A DNA stretch of 64,000 bases, taken from positions 43,231-107,230 of the forward strand of contig CAIRDP010000006.1 of the NCBI GenBank assembly GCA_903877385.1, given 5' to 3'. The translations under genes were made by a program, and so were the position numbers. The notes under the pieces were generated by a model. That model saw only the letters and a program-made list of their open reading frames with translations. It was not told the origin of the DNA and made no database searches. How positions within the stretch are numbered: the stretch's first letter is position 1; every line of letters starts with the position of its first letter. Below are positions 9,687 through 19,863 of this stretch, one piece after another. This stretch comes from an uncultured Bacteroidales bacterium. Lineage in GTDB: Bacteria > Bacteroidota > Bacteroidia > Bacteroidales > FEN-979.

Positions 9687-10784
9687 CTAAACGTATTTTT
9701 CGCCTTTTTCCAGCCTGACGTCATTCACGAACTGACGTATCTGCTGTTCATCCGCCTTGCGGCAAACCAGAAGGACATTGTCGGATTCCACGACAATGTA
9801 ATCAGTAAGCCCTTCCAAAACAACAACTTTATCGTTAGGCATGTTCACAATACAATTCGTGGAATCGTAAAGAATGACGTTCTTCCCCACAACAGCATTG
9901 GAATGCTTGTCCTTGTGCAGGTTCTCAAAGAGTGAGCCCCAGGTCCCGAGATCCGACCAGCCGAAATCAGCAGCGAGAACATAAACATTGCTTGCTTTTT
10001 CCATCACGCCATAGTCAATGGAAATGCTTTTACAAATCGTATAGGTATCCCTGATGAAAGCTTTTTCCTTCGGCGTTTTATAAATTTTTATCCCCTTTTT
10101 AAACAGGATGTCAACCTCGGGCAGATGTTCTTCAAAAGCTTTCATAATGCTTTTGACCGACCAGATAAAAATCCCTGAATTCCAGAGGAAATCACCGCAT
10201 TTCAGGAAAGTTATGGCAAGTTCCATATCCGGCTTTTCGGTGAAAGTTTTCACCCTCCTGATATGGGGGTCTTTCGGGTAAACGGTTCCTTCGTTGTATT
10301 GTATATACCCGTAACCCGTATCCGGCCTGCTGGGCCTAATCCCCAGGGTCAGAAGCCAGTCATGCTCAGTTGCGGCATCAAGAGCCGACTTGATATTGTT
10401 AATAAAAATGTCTTCTTTAAGGATAATATGGTCGGAAGGGGCAACAACTATCCTGGCTTCAGGATCACGCCCGAGGATGCGGTAATTGGCATAAGCGACG
10501 CAGGGTGCAGTGTTCCTGCGCGAAGGTTCCAGGAGTATCTGCTCGGGCAGCATTTCGGGGACCTGCTGACGAACCAGGTTAAAATAGATATCGTTGGTCA
10601 CGATATAAATGTTCTCCTGGGGGCATATTTTTTTGAAACGCCTGTAAGTCTGCTGAATCAGCGTTTCACCGGTTCCCAGGATATCGATAAACTGCTTGGG
10701 ATGGCTGGTCCTGCTCATGGGCCAGAAGCGGGCGCCGATTCCACCGGCCATGATGACGCAAAAGTTATGCTTTGATTTTGTCAT
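9687..10784 (-). CDS. manC: Mannose-1-phosphate guanylyltransferase
   Basis: MAGGIGARFWPMSR...PKQF; FTEKPD; WNSGIF; SIDYGVME; WSDLGTW. Confidence 0.92.
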   Translation of the reverse strand: MTKSKHNFCVIMAGGIGARFWPMSRTSHPKQFIDILGTGETLIQQTYRRFKKICPQENIYIVTNDIYFNLVRQQVPEMLPEQILLEPSRRNTAPCVAYANYRILGRDPEARIVVAPSDHIILKEDIFINNIKSALDAATEHDWLLTLGIRPSRPDTGYGYIQYNEGTVYPKDPHIRRVKTFTEKPDMELAITFLKCGDFLWNSGIFIWSVKSIMKAFEEHLPEVDILFKKGIKIYKTPKEKAFIRDTYTICKSISIDYGVMEKASNVYVLAADFGWSDLGTWGSLFENLHKDKHSNAVVGKNVILYDSTNCIVNMPNDKVVVLEGLTDYIVVESDNVLLVCRKADEQQIRQFVNDVRLEKGEKYV

Positions 10785-10806
10785 AATCCTATGAACTATT
10801 CACTTG

Positions 10807-10838
10807 CAAACATAATTATTATCCAGTAGAATTACAAT
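10807..10838 (-). promoter_or_regulatory. Putative promoter of manC
   Basis: Minus strand TATGTTTG (10807-10814) with ATTG 20 nt upstream. Confidence 0.5.
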
Positions 10839-11706
10839 ATTTTTCATCCATTCCCGGTTTCACGGGCAGTATCATTGCTTCGGGACTGAAAAGATACATC
10901 CTCTGCGTTTTAACGCACATACAGCGGTAACGTTTTCTGAGCCTGTCCATTTTCACGAAGATTCTTCCCGAGCCTGTTACAAACAATTCCCCTTCGGGGA
11001 TATCGGTGATCCTGATGTTCTCCCCGGGAGGGTCATAAACCTGCAAAAGCCTATGAAGCTGGCTGTCGGCCGAAGACGATGCTTTAGGGTCCTCAAAATA
11101 GGACAACATTGCACATTCAATTTCAGGAGGAAAAACATTCATACTGATAAACGGCTGCATCAGTCCTGTAAAACGTTTTTTCCATTCTTTCCCGTGAGGC
11201 CTGGGCCTGTGTTTGCGAATCAGGAAGACATTCGCCTTTTCGGTATCCAGGTAAACAAAGAAGTGGGCGACTTCATGAATCAGGGTAAGCAGGAAAGCGT
11301 AGGGGTTAAGATCGCCGTTGACCGTGAGCCTGGGCGGCCGCCCATCCCTGGCAGGACGGAAGTCGCCTGTCTTTGTCGAACGTTTCCGGGCGATCCTGCA
11401 ATCCAGGCTGTGTCCCTGCAGGCATACGATGAGCATGTCCATGGCGCTTTCAGGTACGAAGCCCCTGAAAAGGTGTTCGATTTTTTCGGGGTTCAGCTGG
11501 TGGCGTTTGTCGGCGGTACGCTCAAATAGCCGAATGAAGGGCAGTTGCAATTTTTCGGATGTTTTGGTTTTGAACGGGATGGATATTGCTGTGACGAACA
11601 GGAGAATGTCACAGTCGCAACCATCGCTGCAAAGATCAGTAAAAACCACTTCCGAATTAAAAGCTTCTGCATAGTTTATCAACAGTAAAATTACCTGATA
11701 TACCAT
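10819..11706 (-). CDS. SprT-like zinc metalloprotease; true start probably about 70-90 codons downstream
   Basis: RKRSTKTGDFR; LLTLIHEVAH (HExxH); PHGKEWK. Confidence 0.8.
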   Translation of the reverse strand: MVYQVILLLINYAEAFNSEVVFTDLCSDGCDCDILLFVTAISIPFKTKTSEKLQLPFIRLFERTADKRHQLNPEKIEHLFRGFVPESAMDMLIVCLQGHSLDCRIARKRSTKTGDFRPARDGRPPRLTVNGDLNPYAFLLTLIHEVAHFFVYLDTEKANVFLIRKHRPRPHGKEWKKRFTGLMQPFISMNVFPPEIECAMLSYFEDPKASSSADSQLHRLLQVYDPPGENIRITDIPEGELFVTGSGRIFVKMDRLRKRYRCMCVKTQRMYLFSPEAMILPVKPGMDEKYCNSTG

Positions 11707-11750
11707 TAAAACGGTAATTTTAATAAAATTGGTATCTTAGCCGTGGATTT

Positions 11751-12494
11751 ATGTTAAGGCCCATCTCCACCATCGGAAGTTATGTGCTGCTGATGCGGCG
11801 CGTTTTCACAAGGCCCCAGAAAGGAAGGCTTTTCTGGCAGGCTTTATTATTCGAGATAGACCAGCTCGGCGTTGATTCCGTGGGCATCGTTGCTTTTATC
11901 TCCACTTTTATGGGGGCTGTTGTCGCAATCCAGACAGCCTATAATATCGACAACCCTTTTATTCCTATGTCAATGGTGGGCTGGACCACACGCCAGTCGA
12001 TAATCCTTGAATTTTCACCTACTGTGATCAGCCTTATCCTGGCCGGGAAAGTCGGATCACGCATTGCTTCGCAGATTGGAACCATGAGGGTAACCGAACA
12101 GATCGACGCTCTCGAGATCATGGGAGTGAATTCGGCCAACTACCTCATACTTCCGAAGGTTGTAGCTTCAGTCCTGATCAACCCTGTACTGATCGTCTTC
12201 AGCATGTGGCTGGGCATCATCGGGGGATGGGGTGCGATGCTCTTTTCGAAACTGGTAAGCACACATGACTATATTCATGGAATACAGATTGATTTTCAGG
12301 CATATATAATTTTTTATGCCCTCACAAAAACCATCTTTTTTGCCTTTATCATTTCTACTGTTTCAGGATATTTCGGTTACCAGACCCAGGGAGGAGCTCT
12401 TGAAGTAGGGCAAGCCAGTACCAAGGCGGTCGTAGTCAGCAGTATTGTCGTCATTCTGTTCAACCTTGTATTAACTCAACTTTTACTGGGATGA
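11751..12494 (+). CDS. mlaE: MlaE-family ABC permease
   Basis: LAGKVGSRIASQIGTMRVTEQIDALEIMG; GALEVGQASTKAVV. Confidence 0.92.
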   Translation: MLRPISTIGSYVLLMRRVFTRPQKGRLFWQALLFEIDQLGVDSVGIVAFISTFMGAVVAIQTAYNIDNPFIPMSMVGWTTRQSIILEFSPTVISLILAGKVGSRIASQIGTMRVTEQIDALEIMGVNSANYLILPKVVASVLINPVLIVFSMWLGIIGGWGAMLFSKLVSTHDYIHGIQIDFQAYIIFYALTKTIFFAFIISTVSGYFGYQTQGGALEVGQASTKAVVVSSIVVILFNLVLTQLLLG

Positions 12495-13237
12495 TAGAAG
12501 CAGGGCACATCGATAAATATTTTGGCGAGAACCACGTTCTGCGCGATGTTTCCTGTAAATTTTATCCGGGCAAAACTAACCTGATCATCGGTCAGAGCGG
12601 TTCGGGGAAGACCGTCCTGATGAAATGCCTTGTAGGTTTGTACGAGGTTGATAGCGGGCAGGTATCATACGACGGTAGGAACTTTTCGGTAATGAATATC
12701 GGGCAGCGGAAGGAAATCAGGCAGGAACTGGGAATGCTTTTCCAGGGCGCCGCTTTGTTTGACTCGATGAACGTTGAGGAAAATGTAATGTTTCCTTTGA
12801 ATATGTTCACCAGAAAGCCGATGGATGAAAAACTGGAGCGTGTGAATTTCGTCCTGAAACGGGTGAATCTTGAAAACAGGAACAAACTCATGACCTCCGA
12901 ACTCAGCGGGGGAATGAAAAAGCGTGTTGCGATCGCCAGGGCTATAGTGATGAACCCGAAATATTTATTTTGCGATGAGCCGAATTCAGGATTGGACCCG
13001 ATTACCTCCAACCTGATAGACCTGTTGATTCAAGAACTTACATATGAGTACGGGATAACTACCATAGTCAATACCCATGATATGAATTCGGTCCTTTCAA
13101 TAGGGGATTCCATCGAGTTTATCTACCAGGGGCAGATCTGGTGGTCGGGGAACAAGGAAGAGATACTGCATATGGGGAATAAAGAGTTGAATGATTTTGT
13201 ATTTGGCACTGAATTAACCAAAAGACTGAGAAAATGA
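12491..13237 (+). CDS. mlaF: MlaF-family ABC ATPase
   Basis: GQSGSGKT; LSGGMKKRVAIARA; CDEPNSGLDP; overlaps the mlaE stop (ATGA). Confidence 0.9.
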   Translation: MIEAGHIDKYFGENHVLRDVSCKFYPGKTNLIIGQSGSGKTVLMKCLVGLYEVDSGQVSYDGRNFSVMNIGQRKEIRQELGMLFQGAALFDSMNVEENVMFPLNMFTRKPMDEKLERVNFVLKRVNLENRNKLMTSELSGGMKKRVAIARAIVMNPKYLFCDEPNSGLDPITSNLIDLLIQELTYEYGITTIVNTHDMNSVLSIGDSIEFIYQGQIWWSGNKEEILHMGNKELNDFVFGTELTKRLRK

Positions 13238-13764
13238 ATTTTTTTGATGTCCTTATCCTGGGCTTTATAGCCCTTTTTATCATCAATGGTTTCAGGAAAG
13301 GGTTTATCATCAGCCTTGCCACCCTTGCCGCCCTTATTCTCGGGATTTACCTGGCAGTGCATTTCTCAAATTACGTCCAGGTTTTATTGCAGGACAATTT
13401 TCATCCTTCAAAAACATGGCTTCCCATCCTTTCTTTCTTAATCACTTTCCTGGTCGTGGTTATCCTTGTACTGATGGTGGCCAGGTTGATGGAAAAGATC
13501 GTTGATGTTGTTGGCATGGGGGTTTTTAACAAGCTGGCAGGGGCTTTGCTCGGGATGGTCAAGGGAGTGTTCCTGGCAAGCATCATACTGTTCATACTTT
13601 TCAGTATGGATAAAAAACAGAAATGGATCACCACTGAAGACCGCAAGGGGTCTTATTCGATGAACACTGTCGAGAACGTCTTTCCCAAAATTATGTCCCA
13701 ACTGGGTACCAGCATTCATTTTCCCTTTCTGAACGATGAGCCTTCCAAGGGAAATCCCAAATAA
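13234..13764 (+). CDS. cvpA: CvpA (colicin V production) family membrane protein
   Basis: GFRKGFI; NKLAGALLGMVKG; four hydrophobic segments. Confidence 0.85.
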   Translation: MNFFDVLILGFIALFIINGFRKGFIISLATLAALILGIYLAVHFSNYVQVLLQDNFHPSKTWLPILSFLITFLVVVILVLMVARLMEKIVDVVGMGVFNKLAGALLGMVKGVFLASIILFILFSMDKKQKWITTEDRKGSYSMNTVENVFPKIMSQLGTSIHFPFLNDEPSKGNPK

Positions 13765-13787
13765 ACAATACGGATCAGAAAAAACAA

Positions 13788-14978
13788 CTAGTCGAGGATA
13801 GCTTTGATGCCGGGAAGTTCCTTGCCTTCAATATATTCAAGCATAGCGCCGCCGCCGGTGGATACATAGCTGACTTTATCGGCCAGTTCGTATTTGTTGA
13901 TGGCGGCTACAGAGTCCCCTCCGCCTATCAGTGAAAACGAACCCCGGGCAGTAGCCTCGGCAATAGCCAGGGCGATGCTTTTTGTGCCTTCCTCGTAGTT
14001 ATTCATTTCAAACACACCCATAGGGCCGTTCCACAAAATAGTGGAGGATTTTTCGATAACATGTCTGAATTTCTGGATCGCCGACGGGCCGATGTCAAGA
14101 CCCAGCCAGGGTAAAGGGATATCGTATGCGCTGGCCAGCTTTTTATTGGCATCATTGGAGAAGGCATCAGCGATAATGGCGTCAGGAGGGATGTAAAGGT
14201 TTACTCCAAGCGCTTTGGCCCCTTCGATGATATTCTTTGCAAGTTCAATGTATTCGTCTTCAACAAGAGAAGCTCCGGTTTCGCCTCCCAGGGCCCTTAT
14301 AAAGGTGAACATCATCCCCCCGCCGATAATAAGGTTATCGACCTTGTCCATCAGGTGGTTGATTATCTCAATTTTAGTCGAGACTTTGGCCCCTCCAAGG
14401 ATGGCCGTGAAAGGCCGCCTGGCTTCTTTAATGCATTTATCAAGATTAAGGATCTCGTTGGCCATCACATAGCCGAACATTTTGGTTTCAGGGAAGAATT
14501 CAGCGATGACGGCTGTGGAAGCATGGGCGCGATGCGCAGTTCCAAAAGCGTCGTTAACATACATATCGCCAAGCGATGCAAGCTTTTTGGCAAACGTTTC
14601 GTCCCCCTTTTCTTCTTCCTTGTAAAAACGGAGGTTTTCGAGAAGAAGGACCTCGCCGGGTTTCAGGGCTGATGACATGGTCGAGGCTGAAGATCCTATG
14701 CAATCATCGGCAAACTGAACCGGACGGTTCAGCTTCGATGACAGATAGCTTAGAAGGTGCCTGAGTGAAAACTTGTCCTCAGGTCCGCCTTTCGGCCTTC
14801 CAAGATGTGACATCAGTATGACCGAACCTCCCCCGGCCAATATCTTGTTTATAGTAGGGATAGTGGCATCAATCCTGTTTGTGTCGGTTATGTTGAACTG
14901 GGAATCCAGGGGCACATTGAAATCCACCCTGATCAGAGCCCGCTTTCCTTCAAAATTGAAATCATCAATAGTTTTCAT
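13788..14978 (-). CDS. pgk: Phosphoglycerate kinase
   Basis: RVDFNVPL; SHLGRP; LLENLRF; [12 protein letters not shown]; WNGPMGVFE; STGGGA. Confidence 0.98.
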   Translation of the reverse strand: MKTIDDFNFEGKRALIRVDFNVPLDSQFNITDTNRIDATIPTINKILAGGGSVILMSHLGRPKGGPEDKFSLRHLLSYLSSKLNRPVQFADDCIGSSASTMSSALKPGEVLLLENLRFYKEEEKGDETFAKKLASLGDMYVNDAFGTAHRAHASTAVIAEFFPETKMFGYVMANEILNLDKCIKEARRPFTAILGGAKVSTKIEIINHLMDKVDNLIIGGGMMFTFIRALGGETGASLVEDEYIELAKNIIEGAKALGVNLYIPPDAIIADAFSNDANKKLASAYDIPLPWLGLDIGPSAIQKFRHVIEKSSTILWNGPMGVFEMNNYEEGTKSIALAIAEATARGSFSLIGGGDSVAAINKYELADKVSYVSTGGGAMLEYIEGKELPGIKAILD

Positions 14979-15000
14979 GATACTATTTTTAAAACTCCGG

Positions 15001-15008
15001 CAAAATTA
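15001..15008 (-). promoter_or_regulatory. Putative -7 element of pgk
   Basis: Minus strand TAATTTTG, 22 nt upstream of the ATG; no clear -33 element. Confidence 0.45.
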
Positions 15009-15068
15009 AAATTTTTATGCCGGACAATGCATATCTTTTTAATTTTACCCTGAAATTCAATTCACGGC

Positions 15069-15863
15069 ATGCAGGATTTAAAAGTTGCTTTTATTCAAAC
15101 GGATATTAGCTGGGAAGATAAAAAGAGGAATCTGAAACGTTTTGACGAGCATCTGGAAAAAATCAACAATCAAGTTGACCTTATCCTGTTGCCCGAAATG
15201 TACAATACCGGTTTTTCGATCAACCCTGAAGCCTTTGCAGAAGAAATGACAGGCCAGGGGGTAGTATATCTGCAGGAAACTTCGAAGGCTTTCGATGCCG
15301 TGGTCATGGGAAGCCTTCTCATCAGGACCGGCCTGGGATTCGTCAACAGGCTGGTTTGTGCTCATCCGGGAGGTAAGCTGGAAATATACGACAAAAGGCA
15401 TCTGTTCCGTTTAAGCGAGGAATACAGGATCATTAACGGAGGAAACGCAAAGCTGGTCGTTGATGTTAAAGGATGGAAGATAAGGCCGCTGGTTTGTTAT
15501 GACCTCAGGTTCCCGGTATGGAGTAAAAATTTGTATGCAGATAACATGTATGAGTATGATGTATTGGTGTATCTGGCAAACTGGCCGTCCAGCCGTTCAA
15601 ATGTATGGAAGACCCTGCTGGCGGCACGTGGAATGGAGAACCAGGTGTATTGTATTGGAGTTAACAGGGTTGGTAAAGATGGTCATGGAATGTCCCATTC
15701 AGGGGATTCAATGGCGGTTGATGCCAAAGGGAACATCATTTCCTCTATACCGGAAGGAGAAGAGAGCGTTAATTTACTTACCCTTTCAAAACAGGACCTT
15801 GAGTTGTTCAGGGAGTCTTTCACTCTTGGCATGGACTGGGACAGGTTTAGAATAGAGATATAA
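15069..15863 (+). CDS. Nitrilase-family omega-amidase (YafV-like)
   Basis: Catalytic E (LLPEM), K (YDKRHLF) and C (VCYDLRFP). Confidence 0.9.
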   Translation: MQDLKVAFIQTDISWEDKKRNLKRFDEHLEKINNQVDLILLPEMYNTGFSINPEAFAEEMTGQGVVYLQETSKAFDAVVMGSLLIRTGLGFVNRLVCAHPGGKLEIYDKRHLFRLSEEYRIINGGNAKLVVDVKGWKIRPLVCYDLRFPVWSKNLYADNMYEYDVLVYLANWPSSRSNVWKTLLAARGMENQVYCIGVNRVGKDGHGMSHSGDSMAVDAKGNIISSIPEGEESVNLLTLSKQDLELFRESFTLGMDWDRFRIEI

Positions 15864-15867
15864 GCAT

Positions 15868-16623
15868 ATGCCGCCGATATCAGCAGTCATTATAGTAAAG
15901 AATGAAGAGGATAAAATCCGGCATTGCCTTGATTCACTGAAATCATTTGCAGCCGAGATCGTGGTAGTGGATTCCGGCTCGGCCGACCGCACGGCTGAAC
16001 TCTGCCGGGAGCAGGGATGCCGGGTCTTTCAAAGGGAATTTGACGGTTACGGCAGCCAGAAACAATTTGCAGTTGACCAGGCATTAAATACCTGGGTGTT
16101 TTCGGTGGATGCCGACGAGGTTGTCACTCCCGGCCTTCAGAAGGAACTGGACGAATTATCCTCGGCATCGGAGCCGGGCTTTGATGCCTATACCATCCCG
16201 TTTTCCCTGGTATACATGGGCAAGATACTCAAACACAGCGGGGTGGGCAATGAGACGCATCTGCGCCTGTTCAGAAGGGATAAAGGAAGGTTTACCAATT
16301 CGCCTGTTCATGAAGGAATCGTCAGCAGCGGGACAACCGGCAGGCTGAAGAACCGGATTCTTCATTATTCTTACAGGGATATCAGCCATCATATTGAAAA
16401 GATAAACATCTATACCTCCCAGGCTGCCGAAGGACTTTTAAAGAAGGGGAAACGGTATTCGCATTTTACGGTCGCATTAAAGTTCCCCGTCAGTTTCTTT
16501 ACATTTTACATAATCAAAGGCGGCATCCTTGACGGTTACCCGGGCTTTATATGGTCGTATTTCGCAGCCTTTTATGCCAGCCTGAAAATTGCAAAAACAG
16601 CCGAACTCCGTGAGCATTCCTGA
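15868..16623 (+). CDS. Glycosyltransferase family 2 (WaaE/KdtX-like)
   Basis: VKNEE; VDSGSAD; DADE; VHE; LHYSY. Confidence 0.9.
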   Translation: MPPISAVIIVKNEEDKIRHCLDSLKSFAAEIVVVDSGSADRTAELCREQGCRVFQREFDGYGSQKQFAVDQALNTWVFSVDADEVVTPGLQKELDELSSASEPGFDAYTIPFSLVYMGKILKHSGVGNETHLRLFRRDKGRFTNSPVHEGIVSSGTTGRLKNRILHYSYRDISHHIEKINIYTSQAAEGLLKKGKRYSHFTVALKFPVSFFTFYIIKGGILDGYPGFIWSYFAAFYASLKIAKTAELREHS

Positions 16624-17425
16624 GATCATCATACCCGTTCTGTTTATCCTGGCTCTGATTTACCTGAACCTTGAATACAGCCTGCTGATCCCCAGCAGGA
16701 AAGGCCTTCCCGTACTGATGTATCATAATGTTACCAGCGGACCCTGCAACGGACTGAATATCCCGGTCGAAAAACTGGAGCTGCAATTCATGTACCTGAA
16801 GGAAAAAGGGTACAGGAGTTTATCGCTGAAACAGGTGTCGGAGCTGATGAATAATGGGGGCCGGCTGCCGAAAAAATCGCTCGTGCTAACTTTTGATGAT
16901 GCCTTCGTGAGTATCGAAAACCTGCTTCTTCCACTTCTCGAACGCCATGATTTATGTGCCACTGTTTTCGTACCGGTAGCATTTATAGGGAAATCAAATT
17001 TATGGGATGAAGGTGGAATCCCATTAATGACGGCAGGATCGCTTCAGAAAATATCGCGCAACCCCCATATTGAAATCAGCCTGCATTCGTTTTTGCATCG
17101 TTCATACAATGAGATGGATCTTTCAGATATGCGGGAGGATCTTCAGAACTGCAGGCAAACCCTGGAATTTTACAAAATACCGTTCTTCAGCGCGCTTGCT
17201 TATCCTTACGGGGGGTATCCCAGAAAAGACCTGAAATTCAAGAAGGAGATGTTTGATATGTTCAGGGAGTGGGGTCTGGAATTTGCTTTCAGGATCGGAA
17301 ACCGCATTAATCCTTTCCCTCTGAGGGACAGGTTTGAAGTACAGAGGATCGACATCAAGGGTACGGATTCTTTTTTCATTTTCAAGACCAAATTAAAAAA
17401 GGGGAGGGCCAAGGTCTTTGCCTGA
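16610..17425 (+). CDS. Polysaccharide deacetylase (CE4/NodB-like)
   Basis: LMYH; LTFDDA; HSFLH; AYPYG; probable GTG start at 16610 overlapping the GT2 stop. Confidence 0.85.
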   Translation: MSIPEIIIPVLFILALIYLNLEYSLLIPSRKGLPVLMYHNVTSGPCNGLNIPVEKLELQFMYLKEKGYRSLSLKQVSELMNNGGRLPKKSLVLTFDDAFVSIENLLLPLLERHDLCATVFVPVAFIGKSNLWDEGGIPLMTAGSLQKISRNPHIEISLHSFLHRSYNEMDLSDMREDLQNCRQTLEFYKIPFFSALAYPYGGYPRKDLKFKKEMFDMFREWGLEFAFRIGNRINPFPLRDRFEVQRIDIKGTDSFFIFKTKLKKGRAKVFA

Positions 17426-17429
17426 AAGC

Positions 17430-19088
17430 ATGAAGATAACATTTGCCTGTTTTTGCCGGTTCTGGTTCCTGTTGGCTCTTGCCGGGCTGATTTCCATGCT
17501 GCCGTTTTCGAAGATCGTGATCAGTATCTCCGAAATGGTTCTTTCTGCCGCATGGGCTCTGCAGAGGTTTGATGTGGCAGGTTTAGGGCAGCTGCTGAAA
17601 AGGGATTCCCGATTAAAGTCTGCCTTAATGATTTTGCCCTATGGGTTGTTTTTCGTTTTCAAAAGCATTGCCGCAGGTTTTCGAGACTTGTACCGGAATA
17701 AACCGGCCCTGGTGTTTCTTTCACTCTACCTGCTGCATATTGCGGGCCTGGTCTTTACCACCGATTTTGACTACGCCATGAAGGATCTCAGGACCAAGGC
17801 CCCGATTTTTCTTATCCCGCTTTTCCTGGGGACTTCTAAACCCCTGGGCAGGAAGTGGTTCGATGCCTACCTTTTTCTTTTCCTGCTGGCACTGATCATA
17901 GGTACTCTGATGTATTCCTGGAAAATATACAGTGTGAAATACATTGATATCAGGGATGTATCAAGAAACGTTTCGCATATAATACTTGGGCTGGAGCTGG
18001 CCCTGGGCCTTTTTATCATGGCCTGGTTCATATTCAGGAAGGAGTTCCCTGCATGGAGCAAGGTACTTTTCCTGCTGATCTCGTCCTGGTTCATCGTTTA
18101 TATATTGTACAGCAGATCGTTTACCGGCCTGGCCGTTTTTGCCGTAACCGTAATGATACTGTTGCCCATCCTCGTATTCAGGCAAAAACGGCCAGGCCTG
18201 AAGGTCCTGCTGGCGATCGTGATGACCTTTGTTACAGCTTCTGCATTTTTATACACCCGCGGTATCATTAAAGAGTATTACACAGTTCATCCTGTGGACA
18301 TGAACAGGCTCGACAGCCTTACTTCAAGGGGAAATCCATACATGCATATCAGGTCGGGTTATATGACCGAAAACGGGAACTACGTATACCTGTATTGCCA
18401 GTTCGGCGAACTTAAAGAGGAATGGAACAAGAGAAGCAGGATATCATTTGACAGCAACGGGATCAATGGCGAGAAAATCACTTATACCCTACTGCGTTTT
18501 CTAACTTCCAAAAACCTGAGAAAAGATGCCGACGGGGTGGATTCCCTGAGCCCTGCCGAAATCAGGGCCATTGAAAGAGGGGTCCCGAATTATCTTTTTC
18601 TTTATAATTTGGGAATGAAGTCAAGGATATATGAACTCCTCTGGGGTTATGAAATGTACAAACATACAGGCGATCCGACAGGCTATACACTTATGCAAAG
18701 ACTAGAATTCTGGAAAGCTTCCCTCGGGATCATCAGAGGCAACTGGCTTACCGGGGTGGGTACCGGTGATATGAATGAAGCATTTCAGCAGCAATATGTC
18801 AAAATGAATTCCAAGCTTCCTCCCGGTCAGCGCTGGAGATCGCATAACCAGTTCCTCTCGATATTCGTCGGGTTCGGCTTGTTCGGGTTCCTGTGGTTCC
18901 TGTTTTCACTTTTTTACCCCGCTTTCAAACTCAGGGGATTTACCGATTATTTCTTTCTTGTTTTCATGATCATCGCCATCCTCTCGATGATGATGGAGGA
19001 TACCCTTGAATCACAGATGGGCGTGACTTTCATTACATTTTTCTATTGCTTTTTCCTCTTCGGGCGAAAAGAATACGACAGGATCTGA
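17430..19088 (+). CDS. O-antigen ligase (Wzy_C) family membrane protein
   Basis: Many TM helices; SRSFTG; QRLEFWK...GVGTGD...SHNQFL; the TTG at 17418 is an alternative start. Confidence 0.85.
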   Translation: MKITFACFCRFWFLLALAGLISMLPFSKIVISISEMVLSAAWALQRFDVAGLGQLLKRDSRLKSALMILPYGLFFVFKSIAAGFRDLYRNKPALVFLSLYLLHIAGLVFTTDFDYAMKDLRTKAPIFLIPLFLGTSKPLGRKWFDAYLFLFLLALIIGTLMYSWKIYSVKYIDIRDVSRNVSHIILGLELALGLFIMAWFIFRKEFPAWSKVLFLLISSWFIVYILYSRSFTGLAVFAVTVMILLPILVFRQKRPGLKVLLAIVMTFVTASAFLYTRGIIKEYYTVHPVDMNRLDSLTSRGNPYMHIRSGYMTENGNYVYLYCQFGELKEEWNKRSRISFDSNGINGEKITYTLLRFLTSKNLRKDADGVDSLSPAEIRAIERGVPNYLFLYNLGMKSRIYELLWGYEMYKHTGDPTGYTLMQRLEFWKASLGIIRGNWLTGVGTGDMNEAFQQQYVKMNSKLPPGQRWRSHNQFLSIFVGFGLFGFLWFLFSLFYPAFKLRGFTDYFFLVFMIIAILSMMMEDTLESQMGVTFITFFYCFFLFGRKEYDRI

Positions 19089-19125
19089 CCCGGCAGAAAA
19101 TTTCAGGCAAATTCAATCGAATATA

Positions 19126-19782
19126 TTACGGGAAGAAGACAGCAAGCTTGAAACCGGCAAAATGCTGGCCCAGTTTATAGTCAATGGTACTGGACTGAAT
19201 CTTTGAAGTATCGCTCTTCTGATAAACATTATTGTAAGTGGAATTCAGAGCCTGGTATTTATAAAAGATTTCGTAACCGAATTTCACGTTTTTTGCAACC
19301 TTCATTTTGTATCCCACCCCTATCATCAGTGCAAATCCTCCGCTGCCTTGCGCAACATAAGATGTGTTAGTTTCACTGCCTCCACTAGCATACCTGGTAC
19401 CAATCCCGTAACCCAGGTAAATGTTGGCAAAAAAAGTATTGTCGGTGCGTCTGAAATTATATCCCAGGTAACCGTAAACTGGCCAGAACAAACCCTCTTT
19501 CCATTTCTCAACTCCCACGCTCAATCCAAGCATCCAGCGGTTGTTATACATGATCCCGTTAACAGTCTGGAGGGTGGCGGCAATCTCAGTGTTTTTTAAT
19601 TTGTAGGTCACTCCATTATAAATGTTATTAGGGTATGATCCTATCCCGAATGAAACTCCCAACTCGGTCTTATTGAAGTACTTCAGCGTGTTTGAGGCCG
19701 TATCGCTCTCCTGGGTAAAACCCCTGAAAAAAACAACAAGAAAAATTGCAGTCAATACGTAAACGCCCGTTTTTTTAATCAT
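19126..19782 (-). CDS. Hypothetical outer-membrane beta-barrel protein
   Basis: Signal peptide, alternating aromatic/Gly beta-strands, C-terminal ...FKLAVFFP. Confidence 0.65.
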   Translation of the reverse strand: MIKKTGVYVLTAIFLVVFFRGFTQESDTASNTLKYFNKTELGVSFGIGSYPNNIYNGVTYKLKNTEIAATLQTVNGIMYNNRWMLGLSVGVEKWKEGLFWPVYGYLGYNFRRTDNTFFANIYLGYGIGTRYASGGSETNTSYVAQGSGGFALMIGVGYKMKVAKNVKFGYEIFYKYQALNSTYNNVYQKSDTSKIQSSTIDYKLGQHFAGFKLAVFFP

Positions 19783-19863
19783 AGGAGTTCAATTATTTCA
19801 TAAAGGTAAAATAAAAAATAATTAACTTGCCCGTCTCAATGATATTTTGATCTTTCGAACTCT

